This document shows, in pieces, positions 25,083 to 38,999 of a DNA stretch of 64,000 nucleotides. Position 1 is the first letter of the stretch, and every line of letters starts with the position of its first letter. The notes beneath the pieces were generated by a model. It did not search any database. It was not told the DNA's origin and saw only the letters and a program-made list of their open reading frames with translations. A program made the translations under genes and the position numbers. Location of the stretch: the NCBI RefSeq assembly GCF_009914755.1, contig NC_060934.1, one strand, 5' to 3'. This stretch comes from the human T2T-CHM13v2.0 reference genome, Homo sapiens.

Positions 25083-26464
25083 GAAATTTAGAACTCCTAT
25101 CTAATACCTGGTAGACAAAAGTCTATAGCAAAAATATAGGAACTTTGGTGTTTTCCAAGAAAAGAAGACTTAAACCACGAGCTTTTATTTTAAAGATTAT
25201 TGTTTCTTTACCAACACGGCAGTACCCAATGTCTGCCTGAGGAATAAGAAATGGATTCATTCATGATGATTAATGGAGCCTCAGCTCCTGTCTTTATCCC
25301 AGGGATGTCCTCAGTCACGACATCTGGCTCTCGACACTCAGCCTGATGTCATTGATCTTGGCCTGAGAGGCTCATCACATTTCACACACTGCAGGCCACC
25401 ATTAGCTTGAATAATTAAGAGTTGGTTAAGTCTTACCCTTCCAAGATTCTGTCACGAACTTTAACAGTTTGGAGAGAATTTAAGTAATTTGGATAACTGC
25501 ATAAACTCTTTATTGAGATTAACTAGATTAGACTCTAAACAAAGATGTTTTTAAAAACAGAAGATTCACAGGCAAACAAGTTTTTTTTCTTGGAAAACAA
25601 AATATCATAGATAAACTTGTACCTAATGTTAATTTATCTTATTCAAGAAATCTACAAGTGAAATAGATTTCTAACTTCTATTCCCTTCCATCACCATGAG
25701 CTATTGACAGTATAATAGCCGTCATTTAATATTATCAAAATCAATACCTTCAAACAAAAGAGACTGTTAGCTAAAAGCCTAATGCAAAGGAATGATCCAT
25801 TGAGAGTGACACTTCATTTGTTTGGGTTAAATTTAATTGGTTGAATAAAAGTAAAATTCATCTGATCTTTTGTTCATTTAAAAAATTGAACCATTTCATT
25901 GGTGACTTAGACATGTCTTATCAGGTTCAGAATAGAACACAATTTTAAAAGTTTAAAATTTCACTTAAATACAACCAAACAGTTTTCTAAATATTCAAGA
26001 AAGTAAATGGTGCTACGTCACTTCACATGCTCTAAAATCTGTTGTATCCCAGACTAAAACTTCTATCCTCTTTTGAGCCAGTTCTTACCAAGAAAATGGC
26101 TGTGAACACCCTCTTCTCTGTTATGACTATAAAGTCCCATGAGGATAGGTCCTCAGACATTTTTGTTCAAAGCTCTGTTCCATTTCAAGAAGAAAGCTTG
26201 GCATATATCAGATACTCAATAACCATTAGATGAGAGCTATGAGAGTGCCTCCTACTTCCCTACTCCAGGATGATGTATAAGTGTGCGTTGTCAGTGAACT
26301 ATTTAAGAGCTCCAGTTTCCCACATAGAACCAGTTCATTGATTTACTAATATGAAGCAGAAAGAGCTCCACTTTCTTTTCTGTCTAGTCTAGTGAAAAGC
26401 TAAATTAGGAAGAGCTGTATTTTCAGCTCACCACAATAATGGTCCCTTTTTTGCTTCATATGCA

Positions 26465-27265
26465 TGACTTTCCCAATCCCTTAGGGTAAAAGTTCCAAAT
26501 TATACCATGGCTTCCAAATTTTTCCGGAAGTTGTCTACATAACTCTCCAGCCACATCCTATTCCAGTTTTTCCTGTGTGCTCTGTGGTTCTGCCAAACAA
26601 GTCTTCTTTTATCCACTAAAGTTTTTATTTCTCTAGATACTCCATTTGGTTCTTCTAAAAATATTCTCCATTTCCTTTCTCACTCTGTTCATGTTTTTTT
26701 AATCCTTGAACATATTTCTAATAGCTGTTTTAACACCCTCGTCTTCCAATTCCATTATCTTTATTATTTTCTAGTCTGTTTCTATGGACTGCTTTTTCTC
26801 CTGGTTGTGTGTCATATGTTCCAACATCTTTGTACTTTTTGATTGGATGCCGTACATTGTAAATTTTATGTTGTTGAGTGTCTGGATTTTGTTGCCTTCC
26901 TTTATGGAATTTTCAACTTTGTTTTGTTCTGTTAGGCAGTCTATTTGTGGTCCCATTTGATTCTTTTCAGGTTTATTTGAAGCTTTATTAGGAGAGATCT
27001 AGAGTAACTGTTATCTAGGGCTAGTTTAGCCCAACTACTAAGGTGGACCAGACATACTGGTTCTATTTCTGTTCTTCAAGCATATTCTTATATGCTTCCC
27101 CACCGCTGTCTCTGTCATATTTTGACCTCTTTGACTCTAAGTTAGCTTTCTGTTGTTATATACCTCTATCATACCTTAAACTTCCCCTTCTGAAATTAAA
27201 TGTGTAATTACATATTTAATGACTGTCATTCTTACTAGACTGTAAACTCCATGACAGCAGGAGAC
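26465..27265 (+). mobile_element. L2 fragments flanking an L1 piece
   Basis: cttagggtaaaagttccaaatt...ccatggc and ctagactgtaaactccatgacagcagg. Confidence 0.55.
26615..27045 (-). mobile_element. Old L1ME/HAL1-like 5'-region fragment
   Basis: tttttgattggatgccgtacattgtaaattttatgttgttgagtgtctggattttgttg...ctagggctagtttagccc. Confidence 0.6.
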
Positions 27266-27917
27266 ATTATGAATGGGCAGCTGTCATTTCACACCAAACA
27301 AATGAGACATATTTCAGGACTATGCAGAGATAATTTTCCTTTTGAGGACTTGGTCAATGAAAAGATGAGTCTCTCAGCTTCCACCTACAAGGATGGAGAT
27401 AGTAGAGAAGCCATTTATTTCCTCTGCTAATAATTCCTTTTCCTCCCACACACTTCCAAAATGTCTGTTTTCACATATACTGTAGAATAAGCAGTGATTT
27501 CATCTGATTCCATCCTCCTGGCCATGACTGGCCAGACTGGGGATGGACAAGTGACATAAGGTAAGTCAATTATATTCTTTATTTTAGAGATACTAGTTAG
27601 GTTGGTTTTTTTTTTGTTTTGTTTTTTTCCTTGAAGCAGAACTATCCTTTCAGTGGTACTGAGCCATTGAGCATCAGGCTCAGTAGAAATCTGGGCTGTC
27701 TGGCAGAACACCATGCCCAGATAGATGAGTTGTTGATGCCAATAAGGCCCAGAATGGGTTGGTAGCTGGGTATAGTGGAGACAGGCAGGCCAAGTGTATG
27801 AGCAGACAATATAAAAAGATACATGTACATTGTGATTGATACTAGGTAGTTCTTGCCATAAGGCACCACGTTCAGTGAAGAGTTCATGGGAGGACTTCAG
27901 TCCTCAGGGTTATTGGT

Positions 27918-28388
27918 TATATTAGTTTCCTAGGGCTGCCATAACAAATTACAACAAACTTGGTGATTTAAAATAACAGAAATTTATTTTCTTAGAGTCA
28001 TGGAGGCCAGATGTCTGAAGTCAAGGTGCCAACAGGGCTGGTTCCTTCTGGAGGTTCTATTCCTCTGCTCTGTGACTCTCTCCTAGCTTCTGGTGGCTGC
28101 TGGCAATTCTTGGCATGCCTTGGTGTATAGATATATCCCTTCAATTTTTGTCTCTGTCTTCACATCACCTTTTTCTTCTGTATCTCTGAGTGTTTCAAAT
28201 CTTTCTCTCCCTTTTCTTTTAAGGACACCAGTTATTAGATTAGGGCCCACTCTAAATTCAGGATGATCTCATCTCAGGATCCTTAATTACGTCTACAAGG
28301 ACACTAATTTCAAATAAGGTCACATTCACAGGTATGAGGTGGTTAGGACATAGGCATATCTGTTTTGGCATGTTATTTAACCCATTAT
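27918..28388 (-). mobile_element. MaLR solo LTR (MLT1C-like)
   Basis: tattagtttcctagggctgccataacaaatta...ttcaaataaggtcacattcacagg. Confidence 0.9.
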
Positions 28389-30879
28389 TTTGGTAAAAGC
28401 AGAACTAAGTCCTAGGTTAGAAAAACAAGTGATCTATTTAAGGCAGCAAGTCATAGCTCAGGTATAGAAAAAGAAAACAGGAGTCTAATTTCAGGAACTC
28501 AAAATCAAGGTTAGAATAGGACCAGGATCAGTAGTACATGGAATGGAAGCTTAGTTACTAGTTGAGTAAGGCTCTTTCTATTCCAATAGATTAAAAACAG
28601 ACTGTTAAATAGCCTGGGATATTGGTAAATTCACCAGCTGCAACAGCAGGGATGGTATTTGGGCCACAATAACAATAACTACTAAGCGCAGTAATCTGGG
28701 AGCTATAGACTCTGTAAAACAAAACAGACAGAATCTTAAAACAAACAAACAAACAAACAGAAAAACACAAGTTAATTTGCTCACAGTTTACTCAGTGGCA
28801 TGCACAGAAATTCTAACCAGCTCTTCGAGTTTCCTCCTTTGTGTATTCCACAAATAACTTTCTGCAAGTAACAGGAATTCTTACTTTCTTTTTTGCTCCA
28901 ACCCCAAATATAAGAAAATTAGTCTCATCCTAGATTATGAAAAAAATGGAACAATAGCTTGATTAAACCTTAATAATTTTTACCAATTCCCTTTTAAATT
29001 TCCTTATTGTGTGAATGATTTAAAAAATGCTTTAATACACAGTAAAAATATTTTATCAAAAATGTCATCAATTCCTTATTTTATCAGGCAGAACTTTCCT
29101 GAACACTAAGCTTTTTATTCCATTTTTAGAAAATTTCTTAGGCAATGATGTCCCACTTTTGACGATATTAAAATATGCTCTAACATGTTCAGAAACATAT
29201 GTCTTGTTATTCCAAATCTGGCCTTTTTCCTTACTGTTTCCCAAAAATGGGAAAAGAAAAGTTGATGAAATTGAACAGCTTGATTTTTCTGTGAATGAGT
29301 AGAGCAGTTTGGAAAAGATAGGAGCATTAGAGATTATCTGAAGTCAAGGGCTAAGGGGTCAGAGGCCTAATTGGAGTTGTAAAAATCACTTTTTTTCAGA
29401 ATATAATGACATTTTTCTGCCCTTCTGGATCCAAATAGTGTGTAACTTGGCATACCATGTCTGTTCAAATGACAGCAACTCGCTGTCCTTTAAGAACAAA
29501 TACATCTTCTCAGCTGTAAGTAATGGTTTTTTCATTGGTTTGGTGTTTGATGAGCCAAGGCCTTTGGAATCAGTGCACACAGAATGCAGTTATGGCTGGG
29601 GTTTTTGGCCAGGTTCCCCACTGTCTCAGAAAATGACCAGCTGTCTTTTGAGGTGGCTTAAAGAAACAGCTCTCTGATGACTCAGCCGGAGGTTAACAAC
29701 TCTAATAAGTGCTACATCCGATTGGGTTCTTTGGTGTCATCAGTGGCCTTGAGTCCAGAGAAGATAGAGGCTTTGAAACCCTGACACAAAATCAAACAGT
29801 CACCTTCTCACCCCCAGTCAGTTCATAAGAAAAGAACTGAAAAAATGGGCATTTCACAGAAGCCCTTACATAGAGCTTGCATCTTTTTTATTTTCTCTCT
29901 TACTAGATACTTTAGAAAGCTTTTGGAAAATACATTTAATCTATTTCAAAGGTCACAGCAACAAAGTTCTCTGCTCCATTCCTATGTCCATGCTTTGTCA
30001 GGCTTTAAAACTTCAATCTTTGTGGGGTTTTTTTTGACATCAACTGTAACAGGAGTGAATGAAAATTACTGGTGTTCAAGGCTGCAGATGAAACAGAACA
30101 GGCTTTTTCTCTGTATGTATTAGGGTGTCTGGAAATAGAGTTCTCATATTTTATGAATCAAAAATCAGTTCCGTTGCCTGACAAATATGAATAACCTCAT
30201 GGGGATAATGAGTCAAAATATTTGAAATCAAGAATATTTTGGATAATCTGAGATGTGCTTTCTGTACATACAAAGTCTTGACTTAATTCGAATTTAGTGA
30301 AAGCTAAATGAGAACTCATATGTGTTTAAGTTCATAGCCTGGGTAGACTATTACTGTGTGTTATTGCTTGCTTTCCTTCTCATCAGTCTCTGCAAGAAGT
30401 TAAGAATATATAATAAAAGACAGCTTTCACAGGTACCACATTTTCCTAGCCAACCATTAATAATGAGGAAACACAATGCTTGTTTGTTAATCAAATGTGA
30501 TGAGCAGATTAATGAAAAACACGTTCCAAGTTCACCTAAGTAATGATCTTGCCTCTATCTCTTAAGTCACCAGGGATGGTGTGACAATCACGTGGCTTAG
30601 GCTATTCAGTGATATGAATTTACTTAATTTGCTGTATTTCTTTCCTAGGGAAACTATGCAGACAATGCTTTTCATTTCAAATACGTGTCAGGTTTTTCAA
30701 AATCCCAACGTTATTGTAAGGGTGAGAAACAGAAATTGAGAGACAGGGAGTTAGTGAATATCCTTAGCCCATCAGACTGAAGAGACAGCTAAAAGCAGTG
30801 AGGTTATGTGGTTGGCCTATGCTTGTTATTGGGTTAGAAAAAATTGGATCTGCTTTGCTTTTGGTCAAATAAAAACAAC

Positions 30880-31138
30880 ACCAATACTAATAATGTAGGC
30901 TAAGTGCTTTTTGTGAATTATTGTAATCAATTCTTGCAGTAATCCTATGAACTAGATTCATAAATAACATTATGAATAAATAAATCTGGAGATGACACTA
31001 TAGATTTAAGGCAGTGAAGCTGAGGATGAGAGATGTTAAGTAACTCCTGCATGGCCTTACAACTAATAAGTGGTAGAAACAGGATTTGAAGTTCAACAGC
31101 TTGTTCAAGTTCTCTGAGTCCCTGCCATCCTTAGGCCA
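30880..31138 (-). mobile_element. MIR SINE
   Basis: gaagctgaggatgagagatgttaagtaact...aactaataagtggtagaaacaggatttgaa. Confidence 0.7.
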
Positions 31139-32509
31139 CCATTTCTTAATAACCCATGTTAGGGGTGCAAACAATTATAGCCTTTCTATAAGAGATTTTT
31201 GTCATAGTGTTGATTCACTAGATAGCAAGAATTGTGTTTTATTTTCCATTATGCAAAGTTCTTTGCACATAGAAGGAACTTAATGCATGTTAGCAGAATG
31301 AATTTACTTTTTAAATCTAGTTTTAACACTTATTCCAATTGTGTGCTTAGAAAAATATGGCACACAAAAGCAAAATGCGTGCATGAACTAGATGGAGTTA
31401 GATCCACTAACTTTGTTTCTAGACCCGGGGAGGAGAGTGTAGAAAACCTGCTGCCAATTGTTAGTCTCAGCAAATGAGAAGGTCGGGACATTTCTAAATG
31501 TGGATCAGCAGAGTAGATGAAGAGTGCCATATGGCCAAGAGAAAGGCCAAATGCCTTCAAGTATTAGTAACCTTCCACAGCTTCCAGTGTGGACAAGAGG
31601 ACACAATAAACATTGTTCTTGGCTGTAAGAAATATCTCAGGACAAACAATCCTCTAAGAAATTTTTGAACCCAAGCAATCTAATTGTGCTAGTAAAATGT
31701 GCCTTCAGGCAGAATTAGAGGTAAAGTCAGTTAGTTTATTTATTGTCATCTCAGAGGCAAGTACATTTTTACTTTCACAATAAACTCACTATCAAAACTC
31801 ACATGAAAACTTGGGATTCATCAGTAGCTCTGATGTTTGTCAAAAAATCTGGATCAAATTCTATCCACTAATCTCTCTCTTTCTGGCTCTAAAAACATGT
31901 CACATGGTGGCCTGCTATGGACATGATATGCCCTGTGTTAGATGAAGCAGTAATCAAAGAACTTGAGTTACATTTTCTCATCGGCCTAGTGAAAAGACAG
32001 CCTTCTTCTCTTAAAGATACAAAATTAACCTTTAAGTCATTTTTTTCCATCAGCACTTTGGTAAATTTCCTGTTCCAAGGGAATTTTAAAAAGTTGGTGT
32101 TGGCAGCTCTGAGGAATTAAGTAGAGAACATTACAAACTCAGGTTGAGAGAATTGAATGACTTCCTCTTGGCATTTCAGTGTCAGATTTGCTTTTTATCT
32201 GCCAAGGAGGTCTAGCAGGCTTGCCAGTGGATTCTTTCTTACAGGGGTCTAACATGAGCTTTACTGCCCAGTCCAATTACAGCATGACTATAAAGAAGTC
32301 TCTGTTTTCCAGTGAACAATAAATAGAAATATAGCATCCATATCTTTTGACTAGGAAATAGTGACAGCTGGCAAGGTATTTGAGGGGGTAATGGGGCAAT
32401 TTTTGTTAAATATCAAGACTGTCTTGTAAAATCCACAATGTGTTGTCATTATATTCGTTAACGTTCAGAGACAAATATTGATCTACCTTGCCTATAGCAT
32501 CACCAACAA

Positions 32510-32755
32510 TAATAATAATCATAATTTCTAACACTACTGAAAATTTACTGTACACCAAATATAAATCCATTTGTTCCTTACAGTAATACTAGGAAATAGA
32601 TCCTATTATTATCATCCACATTTGGCAGATGGGGAAACTGAAATACTGAGGGGTTAAGAATCTTTACCAAGTTCACACAGCTAGTCAGTGGCCAAGTTAG
32701 AATTTTAACCTAAGAAGTTTAGACGGAGAAAATATGCTCTTAACCATTATGCTAG
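32510..32755 (-). mobile_element. MIR SINE
   Basis: cagatggggaaactgaaatactgaggggttaag...ccaagttcacacagctagtcagtggc. Confidence 0.8.
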
Positions 32756-32804
32756 ATTGCCTGTATTTACTGGAGAACCAGGACATGAAAACAGAACTCT
32801 GAAT

Positions 32805-33125
32805 AATAATCATTATAATAAACATTTATTTAGCACTATAGTGTGCAAGATACTGTACTTTTTTTTAAAAAAAAAACTATTCTTAAATAGACATTTTATT
32901 TAGGAATAGTTTTAGATTTACAGGGAGGTTGCAAAGAATTACAGGCAAGTTGCTAATCTGCTCACGTTATACACATTTTTGTATTTAATCCCCTCAATAA
33001 TCCTATGAGGTAGGTAATATTATTATCCCCATTTTACAGATGGAAAAACTGAGGCACATAAAATATAAGTCACTGGCCTCATGTCAGTCAGCATGTAAGT
33101 AATATGGCTGGGGTTCAAACCCAGG
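32805..33125 (-). mobile_element. MIR SINE with a short L1 3'-end insert (about 32860-32960)
   Basis: cctatgaggtaggtaatattattatccccattttacagatggaaaaactgaggcac; insert ttttatttaggaatagttttagatttacagg. Confidence 0.75.
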
Positions 33126-35467
33126 TGAGGCTAGTCATTCAAACCGAAGTCTCTTAATTTATATTTGTTGATGCTGAAGCAATATTTTGAAAAATGGACA
33201 TCAATTACTGGATTCTTAAATTCAATAAAAAAGAATTTTCTTTATATTGGCCACATCTAATCCAAAGCAACCTCTAAAATTTTTCTTCTGTAAATTAGAA
33301 ATCCTCCAACATCAAGTACAATGGCTAAATACAAAAAACTATATAAATAAAATCAAATTAGTTGTTCAAGAAAGACCAACTGGGTCACTGTCTTCCTCAT
33401 CATTCCCTTTTCCAGTAACCCCCAAAACTTCAAAAAGGAGGAATAAATATAGTACATAGTGACAAATGATTTACAACCCATAGATATGTTTTTCAGGGAG
33501 ATAAACTTACAAGTTCATACTTACTGGAATTTCTTTAATTTTTTTTCATATCTTGATTGTTTCTACATAGTCTGTTACTTTCCCAGTTGATTAGAGCTAA
33601 ATATCAAGTATGTTGGCATTTTTTGTGATGATTTACATTTCTGTTGAGGACAACCTGTATAAAACAGCGATCATGTCCCTGATATATACGAGCCTAGCAA
33701 ATTATAGCTGTGTGTGTATTCATTTCCAAAGATAATAAATATTGCTACTCCAATACTTCTATCTTTAAAAAATGAAACTTAGGAACTTTTACACTGGCAA
33801 ACATAGCTGATGATCATCTAACAAAGCATACCAATCACTTCTCTCATTAATCACAGTATATTAACATTATAGACTTCTATCAGGGGCTAAATTAGGAGGT
33901 AACTATTGTTTGAAAAGTGGGAATAGTACTAACTTTGAGAATTTTGGATATTAAGCTTCTTGGTACATCCAGAAGTAGACACTTTGCAACATATGAACAT
34001 ACCCACAACTTTTTCAGCCTAAGTAACCAGACCAATAATATGATGCTATCTCCTATATTTTCTTTCAAACTGTAACCTGATGACAATAGACAAGTGTGGA
34101 ATGCCATACTTATGTGCAGTTGTTAAAATTCACTGGGTGATGCTGTCAGAGGCTAGGCGTTAAGGAGATCGGTATGGACATTTAGGTAACCCTAGCATGT
34201 GGATCATTACAGCAGAATTAAATAATGTTAGAGCTGTAAAAGACCCTTCTGTTTAATTCTGCTGCCACTTATGATTGATGAAAAATTAAAGTGCAGAGAA
34301 ATTAATCAACCTGCCTTAAAACTCTCAGGAAGTAAGTGGCAAAATCAAGACTAGAACTCATATCAATGGATTCAGTTTAAAGAAATCTGCCTCAATTGGA
34401 AGGATAGAAGACTCTGACTCTGAAGGTACAAGCTTTCCCTCAGGATTTAATACTGAATCTAATCAATTCCTTTATCTTAGTTCATCAAAAGTGCAGCAAA
34501 GATGCAAGCCCTATACACGGGCTTTCCCATACCACCTGGAATATGTTGAGACTATGAATTAAGCAAGATGTAGATGAAAAATACTGAAATTAAATCATGA
34601 AAAAGACCTGGTACATGTAGATTCTTCCATTAGCAGTATGACTTTGGGAAAGCTTTAAAATTTCTCTGGTCTTTCATATTCTTATATTTCAGAGATTGAG
34701 TTAAAATTAAATTTTATATGCAGTAAGACTACTTTGATGACTAAAACACAGTTTCTTTGCCTTTGGTTGAAGTTATAGCAATATTCAGAAAGATAACCTT
34801 GGCAACCTCATACTACTAGAAAGTTCTGATTAGAATTCATATCCAAAAAATAAATTATAGAGAAAGGATGATTCTAAGAACTCATCTTAATTTATCTTCA
34901 TACTAATGGTATAATACACTATTTTGTAACTGAGAAAACTGAGTCCCTGAAAGGTAAGGAAGTTGTTTGAAGTCCTATTGCTACTAAGGCACAGAGCAAG
35001 AATTCAAAATGTTTTTGCAGGACTCCAAAGCCACATATGTTTGTGTGAGCAAAAAACAGGCCCAGTTGGCAAATAAAAATCACAAAGAAATCACGGTATA
35101 CAATGACTCAAAATCACAAAAGTCAGAGTCATCCAGTGTTATTTAGTGCTTGCTCAAACCCAATAGCCTTTGAGAACATCTCTTTATCACAGCAGGATGG
35201 GATGATTGTTTTTCAAAATGATGGCCTTGAATCATCAGTAAAGAGTAAATTCCATTCTGTATATTCTATTTAAGAAAGATCATAAAGTTCCAAATCAAAT
35301 GTTTTAAATGTACAGCTTATCAGAAAAGCACAATTATATTGAATGACTCATTACCAGAATGTTCTGGGTCAGAATACTACTAAAGTATTTTTATTCAGAA
35401 AACCTAAAAGTTATTTCCATAAAAGTATTCCTGCAGTTAGTTTGGAGAGGAATTTAATGGACTGTGC

Positions 35468-35514
<47 letters not shown>

Positions 35515-35517
35515 TTT
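35468..35517 (+). repeat. (TTAT)12 tetranucleotide microsatellite
   Basis: Perfect repeat read directly. Confidence 0.97.
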
Positions 35518-36859
35518 GCAGGTGACAAGGTTATATTTGAGGCTTAATCAATGGTCCAGTCATCCAAAATGCTACATCCTGCTTTTTCTTCCTGTACCTA
35601 TTCACAGTTTATGAGCTGTGTTAGACCTTTAGAGTGGATGGCTCAGTGAGCAGTTTGTCAGAGAGAAGTGGGTGTTGTGTTGTTTTTTCTTTAAGTTTAG
35701 TGGAATAATGGTCGTTATTTAAAGCTAAGAATCAAGTTCTATCCAAATTGCCTAAATAATTTTTATTTTGCCATCCCTCCAAAGAATTTATTGGTGCATC
35801 TAAATGTGTTTGGTATAGATTTTCATTAGTACATTAAAAGAAAATGTGAAAACATCTTTCTAGGATGCTGATAAATTAGAGCCCTGCAGTTAGTTCTCAT
35901 TGAATCCCTACTAAAAATAATAGAAAGTAAATTATAGTGCTCCTAGAATTTCATCCTAGTGCAAAACAGCAGCCTATTTTGCTGTATATCTACAAACCTG
36001 GTGGTATAATTTCCAGTGTATCCAGCTAATTAGGCAACCTTTGTGTTTAAATCTTTCAAACCTCTTTCATTACATTTGATGGTTTTTGAGAAAACAGCTG
36101 GAAATTTCTGTCAATGAAAACAGATTTTGTTTTAGTATTTGTAATTTCTTTTTTATCTCTGCATGCCAGTAGGATGTGCTGCAAATCATTTTAAAGACCT
36201 ATACAAGCTGGACATATTGACATTAAAATAAAAGCAGAACCTTTTGCTTGCAGATATTAAAGTATTAAATATTAAAATTGATTTACTGGCAGGTTTAGCA
36301 CAAAAGACAGCTGAAATAAGCTATGAGAATGAATGTAAATTGGGTTATATTGTTTGTGGTTTGAGCTGAATGAGGTAAAAATATTTTTACTTCATAACAA
36401 TAAAACAAAAATAAATGTTGATATTAATTGTCCTAAATACTCAGTAAAGGAAAGATGTGACCATTTACTAAAATTAATGCAAATAAAATTCACAACATCT
36501 CTGTGGGTCTGTCCTTCATGCAGAATTGAGGAAAATATTAACCATCATTCAGGACAAAGACTGAGAAGTATCTGTCCCATGTGGGTTTAGAAGTCAATCA
36601 TTTAATCAGTTCAGGAGATAAAAAGATTCCTAGACAAAGTTTGAACTGCTGTAGAGATTCTCTTCTTTTAAACAGGAGGAAACAGCAGATTGTTTGGAGA
36701 TTCAGAATGAACCAAAGAAAGGGAAGAGAAGTAACTACTAAGAATCAAGTGCTTAATGTATACCAGACACTGCTCAATATGTTTAATACATAATATAATG
36801 GAGTTCTCCCAATCCACCTTGGCAAAATTATTATCACCCCTATTCAAAACACTATTGTT

Positions 36860-37840
36860 ATAAGCCTTGCTTTTACCCTTACCATCCAATCTCATCTTGT
36901 TCCATTCTTCATTCACCTTCTACACTCCAGGTATATCAGCCTCCTTTTGTTCCCTGGAACACTAGAAAATCCTCTCTTCCTTAGGGGCATTGTACCTATC
37001 ATTCCCTCTGCCTTTAACACCCCTAACCCCTCAACCACTACCAATAACTCCATGCTTCAATGGCTAGTGTCTTCCATTTTTAAGTTCTTGCAATATTTTA
37101 TTTTGGAAACAGAACAAAGAGCTTCTGTAATATCATGGCTTAACAATATGAAAGCTTCTATATTTTTTTAAGTGAGAGCCGAAAGGTTGGTGATCCAGGT
37201 TTGGTAGGCAGCTCAGTGATTCTCACACACAGCTTCTATATCTAGGTCCGATTCCCAGTGTACGCTATGTCTCAACTAGTTGGCAAGTGGAAAAGATCAA
37301 GAGAATGCATGTCCAATTGCATTAAGAACAATACCTAGAAATAGCACCAGTCACTTCTGCTTATATCCCATTGACTACAGTTTAGTCACTTGGCTATACC
37401 TACCTGCCAGGGAAACTGAGAAATAGAATATTTAGCTTGGGAGCCATGGCCCTAGTTAAGACCACATTAAAATAAAAAAGAAGGTGATCAATGACTACAA
37501 GGCAACTAATGGGGGCTTGGCTTAGATGTCATCTTTGGAGAAACGCCTTCTTTGACTACCCCATCTGAATAAATCTCTTATATTAGTTACATATATTTTT
37601 TGTCACTGAATCTTGCTTATTTTCTTTATAGTAGTTATCATTTTTTGACTTTATATTAGTGAAGTTATACATTTTATAAAAGTTTCAAAAATTATTGTCT
37701 TCCTTTTTCTCCTTAAACTCCTTGAAAGTAGCACTATGTTTGTTTTTGTTTTCTATTATATCCTTCATGCCTATATGTGTGGCACATTTGATATTATGAA
37801 AGTTATATTTGACATAATAAAGATTGTTGAATGAGTGAAC
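36860..37840 (+). mobile_element. L2 fragments interrupted by an old MLT1 LTR (about 37090-37470, minus strand)
   Basis: L2: ctacactccagg...gcctccttttgttccctggaaca; 3' end gattgttgaatgagtgaa. MLT1: tcacttctgcttatatcccattg...ttagtcacttggc...ccagggaaactgagaaa. Confidence 0.6.
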
Positions 37841-37966
37841 AGAAATTCAAACAAATCTCTAGACAGCTAACACCTCAAATGAGGTGAATTTACTGGTTGA
37901 AAATGTAGCAATTTATGGGGAAAATAACAAAATGAACTGTGAAAGGACCTTACAATACCCCTAGTG

Positions 37967-38344
37967 CAGTATTTTGTAAAGTGTTGGTCAACTATCCACT
38001 AGTGGGTTATAAAATCCCTTTATTGTATCATATTAGCATTTAGAAAGAAGAGAAATAGAACAGAATAACCAGCATGAAGAAAAGAAATAGAATAGAACAG
38101 AATAATAGACTAAAAGAGAATAGAATAAAAAAATCAGAGGACATTGTACATGGTTAGGGTTGGCATTATTTCATAAAACTTAAGTCTCTGATACATACAT
38201 ATGTGTGTGTATATCTATTGTCTGTCTCAGAAATTGTGTGTGTGTGTGTGTGTGTGTGTGAGAATATGTATACATTCTGGGTCACAAGGTAAAATGTAAT
38301 TCTAACTGTAAATGATGTAAAAAAAAGATATTTGAAAGCCACTG
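37967..38344. mobile_element. hAT-Charlie non-autonomous element (Charlie18a-like) with internal (TG)n at about 38236-38260
   Basis: Termini cagtattttgtaaag...tttgaaagccactg; cctagtg repeated on both flanks (TSD). Confidence 0.7.
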
Positions 38345-38999
38345 CCTAGTGCACTTAGAAGAAATAGGCTCAAAGGCAAGACAGATACGGGAGGAAAAAG
38401 GTTGATCCTTATAGAGCTTAATGTGACCTGTCTTACAGGCTAACAAAATGACATCAAATGGTGACTCGTCTCTTCACCAATTCCATGATTTTCAGTTGCA
38501 TCTTTTCCAGCAATACACTATCAAAGTGTGTTTCAAAGAAGAGAAGAGTGTGTGTTTCAAAGCATCGTTTTATCTTATCAATCACAGTGGGCTATTATCT
38601 TCAAGTATGAAAACTTCAAAAATAACTTTGAATTATTGAGAGCATCTTTTTATTTTTGAAATTCAGATATACCTATGGAACTCACATACTTGCTGCAGTG
38701 ATTGGTCCTTGATCAGTGGTCTTTTCTAATGTGCCCACCTGTGAGGATCCCATGTTGTATTTAGAACAAAGATTAGTTGTCTTCTTTGAGCTCTTTGCAT
38801 GAATGCAATTTTGCTCCATTTTGACTTCCTGTAATTGCTAGTAGATCTTTTTTTCCTTTTTCACTTCCTTTCTTGCTAGAGGAATCTGAAATAAAATTAG
38901 TATTAAGCTATTGACCTTATTAAAATTTTAGTCTTGTATTTTACTTTTCATTTAAAATCAGTACAGTGATTTTCTTCTTGCTTCATCAATTTTCACCAG

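Larger units (their letters stand above)
24206..25106 (-). mobile_element. LTR10 (LTR10A/F-type, HERV-I family) solo LTR interrupted by an L1
   Basis: Reverse strand matches the recalled LTR10 start (TGTTAGATATGAGTTCTAAATTTCT...CAAAGAATCAATATGTCAG); TSD ccttg/cctgg (24201-24205 and 25107-25111). Confidence 0.9.
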
